From contig CAWCNY010000007.1 in NCBI GenBank assembly GCA_963797095.1, positions 64,001-128,000 on the forward strand: a stretch of DNA of 64,000 bases, read 5' to 3'. The notes beneath the pieces are model-generated. The model was not told where the DNA came from and ran no database searches. It was given only the letters and a program-made list of their open reading frames with translations. Shown piece after piece: positions 58,520-64,000 of the stretch; the first letter of the stretch is position 1; every line of letters starts with the position of its first letter. The stretch is from an uncultured Chloroflexia bacterium. Lineage in GTDB: Bacteria; Chloroflexota; Chloroflexia; QHBQ01; JADMIH01. The position numbers and the translations under genes are program-made.

Positions 58520-59359
58520 ATGGGAACATCGCGTAGACGAGGCGAACAGCGCCACATCCGAAGTACCCCTCGGCCCCTTGCCCGCACCAGTTGGGATGCC
58601 GTCGCCAACTGGTACGACGGCTGGGTGGGCGACGCAGGCAGCGACCACCACCGTGAGCTAGCCATCCCGTCCCTGCTCGATCTACTCGAGCCGAAGCAAG
58701 GCGAGAGCATCCTCGATATAGGCGCGGGCCAGGGCGTGCTCGCATCCTACATCGCTTCCGTTGGGGCCTCCTACACAGGCGTAGACGCATCGCCACGCCT
58801 CGTTGAGATGGCGCGTCGCAGGCACGGAAAGAGCAGGCGTTTTCTGTCGGGCGATGCTTGCCAGCTCAGCGCCACACCCGGCCTGCGAGCAGGCCAATTC
58901 GATGCCGTCACCTTCCTCCTGAGCATCCAGGACATGGACCCATTGGAGAAGGTGCTGGCCTCGGCTGCCTGGGCGCTCAAGCCGGGCGGGCGCGTCGCCA
59001 TCGTGATGGTACACCCCGCCTTTCGTGTACCGCGCCAAAGCGGATGGGGCTGGGATGGCCTGCGCAAGCTGCGCTACAGGCGAGTAGAGAGCTATCTCAC
59101 TCCCCTGGCGGTGCCGATGAAGTCTATCTCAAAATCGTCGGGAGGTCAAACAAGACCAACCCGCACTTTCCACCGTCCCCTGAGCGCCTACGTGAATGCC
59201 CTCGCAGGCAACGCCCTCCTGCTTGAGCGCATGCTGGAGATTCCGGCGCACAAAATACACGCCCCACCGAATGCTTATGAGGACAAAGCCAACGAGCGCG
59301 CACGCCGGGAGATACCGCTTTTCCTGGGCCTACGCGCCCGCAAAATGGAGGCGCTCTGA
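58520..59359 (+). CDS. Class I SAM methyltransferase, unknown substrate
   Basis: AAGGAG RBS; TSWDAVANWY, LDIGAGQG, HPAFRVPRQSGW, FHRPLSAY. Confidence 0.9.
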   Translation: MGTSRRRGEQRHIRSTPRPLARTSWDAVANWYDGWVGDAGSDHHRELAIPSLLDLLEPKQGESILDIGAGQGVLASYIASVGASYTGVDASPRLVEMARRRHGKSRRFLSGDACQLSATPGLRAGQFDAVTFLLSIQDMDPLEKVLASAAWALKPGGRVAIVMVHPAFRVPRQSGWGWDGLRKLRYRRVESYLTPLAVPMKSISKSSGGQTRPTRTFHRPLSAYVNALAGNALLLERMLEIPAHKIHAPPNAYEDKANERARREIPLFLGLRARKMEAL

Positions 59360-59372
59360 TGAATATAGTAGA

Positions 59373-59536
59373 ATGATGGGTACCGACCTGAATTCCAGTC
59401 TCACAACCATCGGGGCGTTTGCCACAATGCTATGGCTCCTTATTCTGCGCCGCTGGCATACTTTCGACTTGGAATCGGCGTCATGCCAATTTGGCTCGCC
59501 CTTGCCATACTCGCCCTCTGGCTCACTTCTCTGTAG
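59373..59536 (+). pseudogene. C-terminal remnant of ArsB/IT-superfamily transporter
   Basis: GTDLNSSLTTIGAFATMLWLLILRR then, in another frame, YFRLGIGVMPIWLALAILALWLTSL*. Confidence 0.6.
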
Positions 59537-59551
59537 ACAAAGGAGGAGACA

Positions 59552-60037
59552 ATGGCCGACAGATCGACCTTGATATGCTTGAGCGGTCTCGATACGGACG
59601 AATTTATCGAGCGTGCAGCACCGCATATTCCACGGGACCGCCACCTCACGCTTTTGTATGTGGTAGATACAAGGCCGACAGAGGAGCTTGGCTACCTGGC
59701 GCGCAGAATGTACAGCAGGCCAGGAGTATCGTCGCAGCATGCCGGTATTATAGAGACAGCCGAACAGCAGACAGCCGAAGCTGTACTGAACGAGGCGGGG
59801 AGCAAATGCCTGCAATTGGGGTTTGACGCGCAGAAAATCCAGAGAGAAGTACGGAAAGGCCGCCCTGAACAACAGATCGTGGAGTTTGCACGCGCACGTG
59901 AAACCAATGTCGGGCTGATAGTAATTGGGTCGGCCTATAAGCGAGGACCGAGTGCAGCGCCCGGCCCTGCCAGCATCGGGCACGTTGCCAGGTTCGTTGT
60001 AGACCATTCGCCCTGTGATGTACTGCTGCTCCGCTGA
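59552..60037 (+). CDS. Universal stress protein
   Basis: LLYVVD, GRPEQQIV, SIGHVARFVVDHSPCDVLL. Confidence 0.9.
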   Translation: MADRSTLICLSGLDTDEFIERAAPHIPRDRHLTLLYVVDTRPTEELGYLARRMYSRPGVSSQHAGIIETAEQQTAEAVLNEAGSKCLQLGFDAQKIQREVRKGRPEQQIVEFARARETNVGLIVIGSAYKRGPSAAPGPASIGHVARFVVDHSPCDVLLLR

Positions 60038-60088
60038 TACTGGACGTCGAATACCGGCCGCCAACGCACTCCGAACCTTACTCTATAT

Positions 60089-60796
60089 ATGAAGAATAAA
60101 GCTGCAAGGCAGAAGCAGGTGGTGGGCAGATTGTCACACATCTACTGGATCGGTGGCTCTCCGTGCTCAGGCAAAAGCTCGATTGCACGCATACTATCGG
60201 AGAGATACGGGCTGAGGATATACGATTGCGATAGCATGTACGAAGCCCATCTGAAGCGTGCGGTGCCGGGCAAGCACCCACATCTGACAAGAGCAGCAGA
60301 GATAAGTTGGGACGAGGTCTGGATGCACCCCGTTGACTACCTGACCGAGCGCGAGTTCGCCTTCTACCGCGAGGAGTTCGAGCTAATCAGGGAGGACTTG
60401 ATAGCGATGCCGCAGGATACGCCGATCTGTGCGGAGGGTGCGGCGCTCCTACCCGAACTATTGGCTGCGATGAAGATCAGCCCTCAAAAAGCCATCTGGA
60501 TCATGCCTACCGAGGAGTTCCAGCGACGAGAGTACGCACGTCGCGATTGGGTGCAGGGCATCCTTGCCCAGTGCAGCCAACCGGACGAGGCGTGGGAGAG
60601 TTGGATGGGGCGCGATGCCCAGTATGCCCGCGTAGTGGCCCGGCAGGCCGAACGCCTGGGCTACGCCGTGCTGAAAGTGGATGAGAGCCGCTCTATCGAA
60701 GAGAACGCCATCAGGTCGCGGAGCATTTTGGACTGGGACGCCAATAGGCATCAACGAGGCAGGGTAGCGCCCAGGAAGCCCACATCCCGCAGGTAG
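60089..60796 (+). CDS. P-loop kinase-like protein; probable 1-nt deletion near 60714
   Basis: WIGGSPCSGKSS, AEGAALLP; alternative frame gives VAEHFGL ending. Confidence 0.8.
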   Translation: MKNKAARQKQVVGRLSHIYWIGGSPCSGKSSIARILSERYGLRIYDCDSMYEAHLKRAVPGKHPHLTRAAEISWDEVWMHPVDYLTEREFAFYREEFELIREDLIAMPQDTPICAEGAALLPELLAAMKISPQKAIWIMPTEEFQRREYARRDWVQGILAQCSQPDEAWESWMGRDAQYARVVARQAERLGYAVLKVDESRSIEENAIRSRSILDWDANRHQRGRVAPRKPTSRR

Positions 60797-61098
60797 GTAA
60801 GCGCCACCACCAGAACATACACCATCACCGCAACCAGAAAGAGAGCACAAGCAGCTATGAGGGAGGCGGCCTCCAGCGCGCTCGTATCGAAGCGCGGGTT
60901 GGCGGGGAAGAAGCGATAGAACGGTTCCACCAGGGGAGCGGTGACACTATAGACGAAGCCTGGAAGGGGTAGTTCGGTGCGGACGCCGAGCGCACGCATC
61001 CCGAACCTGAGCAAGAGGCCCACTACCGGCAGCCCCACTACCAGCCAACCTATAGCTAACCGTGATTTGCGAATTGTGGGTCCGGCACCCGTTAGCAT
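60751..61098 (-). CDS. YGGT-like small membrane protein
   Basis: LLLRF...FVYSVTAPLVEPF...LEAASLIA. Confidence 0.65.
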   Translation of the reverse strand: MLTGAGPTIRKSRLAIGWLVVGLPVVGLLLRFGMRALGVRTELPLPGFVYSVTAPLVEPFYRFFPANPRFDTSALEAASLIAACALFLVAVMVYVLVVALTYLRDVGFLGATLPR

Positions 61099-61117
61099 AA
61101 AAGGTGAGTGATCCTGA

Positions 61118-61552
61118 TCAGGCGCGCTCTTCGACCCGCACGCCGGTCATTCTGTCGCCTACCGAGATCTTCTTGACCACGTCCATACCCTCGATCACCT
61201 GGCCGAAGTTGGTGTACTCACCGTCGAGCCAGGAGGCATCGCTCTTGGTGATGAAGAACTGGCTGTCGTTATTGCGCGACTTGTCCATGCCACGGGCCAC
61301 GCCGAGAGCGCCCTCGCCGAAGTGGACACGGTTATACTCGGCAGACATCTTGCCGCCGCCGGTGCCGTTACCGAGAGGGTCGCCACCCTGGATCACCCAG
61401 TTCTCGACGCGATGGAAGTTGCGCCCGTTGAAATCGCCTGCATTGGCCTTGCCTTCGAAATTGGCTATGGTGTTTGCCACACCTGCCGAGGCGTCGGTGT
61501 GTAGCTGGCACACTATAGTGCCCTTGCCTGTCTCGATTACCATTACTTTCAT
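61118..61552 (-). CDS. Cyclophilin-type peptidyl-prolyl isomerase
   Basis: FHRVENWVIQGGDPLGNGTGG, SQFFIT, YTNFGQV. Confidence 0.95.
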   Translation of the reverse strand: MKVMVIETGKGTIVCQLHTDASAGVANTIANFEGKANAGDFNGRNFHRVENWVIQGGDPLGNGTGGGKMSAEYNRVHFGEGALGVARGMDKSRNNDSQFFITKSDASWLDGEYTNFGQVIEGMDVVKKISVGDRMTGVRVEERA

Positions 61553-61579
61553 CTAGTTACCTCCTGAGTCGTTCGTGCA

Positions 61580-62389
61580 CTACTGCTTATCCACTATTGC
61601 CATAGAGGTGATTTTATCGCCGATGGCGATCTGGTTTACTACGTCCATGCCCTGGACAACCTGCCCCCAGTTGGTGTACTGGCCGTCCAGGTAGCTTGCG
61701 TCGCTCTTGGTGATGAAGAACTGGCTGTCGTTGTTGATCGCGGGGTCGCCGCCACGGGCCACGCCTAGCGCGCCTGCTTTGAAGGTAAGCTGGTTATATT
61801 CGGAGGGCATATCACCACCGCCGGTGCCGTTGCCGAGGGGGTCGCCGCCTTGAATTACCCAATCTTCGACGCGATGGAAGGTGAGGCCATTGAAATAACC
61901 CGAATTGGCTTTTGACTCGAAGTTGGCAATGGTCTTGCTGACGTTGGCGGAGGAGTCGGTATAGAGCTTGGCGATGATGCGTCCCTTGGAGGTGTCGAGC
62001 ACCATGTACTTACCCGCGTCCATAGAGGCGACGGCTGCCTGGGCATCGGTGGAGGAGGGTGGGGGCGTAGAGCTAGAATTCCCATTCCAGGGCTGGAGGA
62101 GCCAGAGCAGCACCAGCACCAACGGTATCATGCCAAGCAGCCATATGGCGGCATAGCGCTGGATGCTGAAGGGAGGGAGGATGCGGTCAAAGGTGCTGGG
62201 CGGGGCCTGTTGCACGCGCCCGCCTCTGCTATTTACAGGCTGACGGGTGGCAGGCGGCCTTGCGCCGGATGCTGGTCTGGGAGCGCCGGGGCGTGGGGCC
62301 CGGCTCTGGCGGGAACCCGACGCGCCGGCTGTATTTCGGGGAGCACCGGCGCTACTACTGCTACTACGTTTCTTGGGTGGTTGCGACAT
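61580..62389 (-). CDS. Membrane-anchored cyclophilin paralog
   Basis: Basic disordered N-terminus, one TM, FHRVEDWVIQGGDP, SQFFIT. Confidence 0.93.
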   Translation of the reverse strand: MSQPPKKRSSSSSAGAPRNTAGASGSRQSRAPRPGAPRPASGARPPATRQPVNSRGGRVQQAPPSTFDRILPPFSIQRYAAIWLLGMIPLVLVLLWLLQPWNGNSSSTPPPSSTDAQAAVASMDAGKYMVLDTSKGRIIAKLYTDSSANVSKTIANFESKANSGYFNGLTFHRVEDWVIQGGDPLGNGTGGGDMPSEYNQLTFKAGALGVARGGDPAINNDSQFFITKSDASYLDGQYTNWGQVVQGMDVVNQIAIGDKITSMAIVDKQ

Positions 62390-62421
62390 GTTTCCTTTCC
62401 TGGTCCAGGGGCTTACGGGTA

Positions 62422-62478
62422 GTGCGTACTGCGTAGTGCGTACTGCTTATTGGTTATGGTTATGGTTATGGTTATGGG
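62422..62478. repeat. Heptamer (TGCGTAS) plus hexamer (TGGTTA)x4 arrays
   Basis: gtgcgtactgcgtagtgcgtactgc...tggttatggttatggttatggttatgg. Confidence 0.8.
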
Positions 62479-62689
62479 ATGGCGACTTTAAGACGCTGGC
62501 ACTTTGTAACACATCGGGGCAGGGGCGTCAACCTGAGATACAGCTCAAGTGGCTATTGCATGGCGGGCGGGTTGCTTATACAATTAGTGCGCTTGCGGCA
62601 ACTGTGATGACCCGGCTCTTGTAGCGACCGGGTTGCTGACGGTTTGCCGGAGGCAAGCATATCACGCTGGTACACAGGAGGATAGGGAC

Positions 62690-63421
62690 ATGGACATGAT
62701 CGCGCCTAAGGACTGGGGCAAGGTTATCGCCGAGGTGGTGGGCACGTTCTTCTTCTTCTTCATAGGCATCGGCAGCACCATCTTCGCTGGGAGCGCGGGG
62801 GTGCTCTACGTGGCGCTGGCGCACGGGCTGGCGCTGGCAATCGCGGTATCGGCATTGGGGCATATATCGGGCGGGCACTTCAACCCGGCGGTCACGATCT
62901 CGCTGATGGTGGCGCGCAAGATCACGCCTATACTGGGGCTGTTCTATATCATCGGGCAGATCGTGGGCGGGGTGCTGTCGTGCCTGGTGCTGCTGGCGGC
63001 GGTGCCCAACGCGAGCACCACGCTCGCCAACTCGGCACCCAACCCGGCACCGGGGGTGGACTTCTTGCCAGCGTTGGTGATGGAGATCGTGCTGACGTTC
63101 TTCCTGGTGCTGGCGGTGTTCGGGACAGCGGTGGACAACCGGGCGGCCAAGATCGGGGGGTTCGGGATCGGACTGACGGTGTTCGTGGATATACTGGTGG
63201 GCGGGCCGGTTTCGGGTGGGGTGATGAACCCGGCGAGGGCGTTCAGCCCATACATCGTGTTTGGGCCATACAACGCCAATATCCTGATCTACTGGATCGG
63301 GCCGATCATCGGTGGGATACTGGCTTCGCTGCTCTACAGCACGTTGTTCCTGCCGGATGATGTGGCAGACGCTAAGAAAGCGCCGCCGTTCAGCGAGCCG
63401 GGCTTGCTGGAAAAGGGTTAG
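62690..63421 (+). CDS. MIP family aquaporin
   Basis: SGGHFNPAVT and MNPARAF NPA motifs; AGGAGG RBS. Confidence 0.95.
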   Translation: MDMIAPKDWGKVIAEVVGTFFFFFIGIGSTIFAGSAGVLYVALAHGLALAIAVSALGHISGGHFNPAVTISLMVARKITPILGLFYIIGQIVGGVLSCLVLLAAVPNASTTLANSAPNPAPGVDFLPALVMEIVLTFFLVLAVFGTAVDNRAAKIGGFGIGLTVFVDILVGGPVSGGVMNPARAFSPYIVFGPYNANILIYWIGPIIGGILASLLYSTLFLPDDVADAKKAPPFSEPGLLEKG

Positions 63422-63447
63422 GTCTGTACACTGGTGGAGAGGCAATT

Positions 63448-64000
63448 ATGATCTCCACACCACGGCGACTGACCTTAATATTAGCTTTGTTGATGGCGCT
63501 CGCCACGGCTGCGGCGGGCGCTTTGTCATGGGCCTACGCCCAGACGCCGGGGCCGGACTGCCGCACCTTCACCGAGACGGGGAAGACGGTGTGCGGGCGG
63601 TTCCTGGCGTACTGGGACGCGCACGGAGGGCTAGCCCAGCAGGGATACCCGATCTCAGGGGAGTTCCAGGAGAGGTCGGAGATCGATGGGAAGAGCTATA
63701 CGGTGCAGTATTTTGAGAGGGCGGTGTTTGAGTTGCACCCTGAAAACGCGACTCCATACGATGTGCTCCTTTCGCTGCTTGGGCGGATGAAGTTGGAAGA
63801 GAAGTACCCGCAGGGCGCGCCCGATGGGGGCGTGGGGCTGGTGCCCGGCGAGAGCCTGGTGTTCCCTGAGACGGGGAAGACGGTTAGCGGTGTGTTCTTG
63901 AGGTACTGGCAGGAGAACGGGGGATTGGCGCAACAGGGATACCCGATCTCGAATGCGATGTATGAGAGCGATAGCAAGGCCGCGCCGCCCAGGATCGTGC
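63448..64000 (+). CDS. Secreted repeat protein (3' end outside window)
   Basis: Manual translation: signal peptide, CRTFTETGKTVCGRFLAYW..HGGLAQQGYPIS...VQYFERAVFELHPEN; repeat begins again at FPETGKTV. Confidence 0.85.
   Translation, partial: MISTPRRLTLILALLMALATAAAGALSWAYAQTPGPDCRTFTETGKTVCGRFLAYWDAHGGLAQQGYPISGEFQERSEIDGKSYTVQYFERAVFELHPENATPYDVLLSLLGRMKLEEKYPQGAPDGGVGLVPGESLVFPETGKTVSGVFLRYWQENGGLAQQGYPISNAMYESDSKAAPPRIV

Noticed and set aside
59360-59551. Fluoride riboswitch upstream of usp
   Set aside because: Consensus not found; region is better explained as a transporter remnant
61587-61595. DnaA box-like TTATCCACT near the skew switch
   Set aside because: Single imperfect box inside a coding end; no cluster or AT-rich unwinding element
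1-64000. tRNA, rRNA, tmRNA, SRP or RNase P RNA genes
   Set aside because: No recognisable signatures seen by eye; a tRNAscan/Infernal run would be needed to exclude them

Overview
High-GC bacterial chromosomal segment, most consistent with Chloroflexota (inferred from lineage-typical secreted repeat domains, TadE/TadG proteins with long Thr/Pro linkers and heptamer intergenic repeats). Housekeeping content: tyrS under a Tyr T-box riboswitch, phosphomannomutase, SbcC/Rad50-like ATPase, prephenate dehydrogenase, lepB, mnmE, the rpmH-rnpA-yidD-yidC-jag operon, ppa, two cyclophilins and an aquaporin. Accessory content: a four-gene Tad minor-pilin cluster, two of whose genes have duplicated promoters, and a membrane GGDEF/HD-GYP hybrid. 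At about 45.7-53.3 kb lies a decayed phage- or GTA-like head module (terminase, scaffold, capsid, holin) interrupted by a methyltransferase, a P-loop NTPase and an IS1634 remnant. Best unannotated signals: a leader-peptide attenuator (MTMFMIRTRT) before an uncharacterised methyltransferase, a candidate sRNA at 32.6-32.8 kb, an anti-SD switch at 39.2 kb, a multi-family heptamer repeat system that enters both a riboswitch and a terminase, several gene remnants, and a strand-composition flip. All calls come from reading the sequence and from recalled family motifs; no searches or folding were run.
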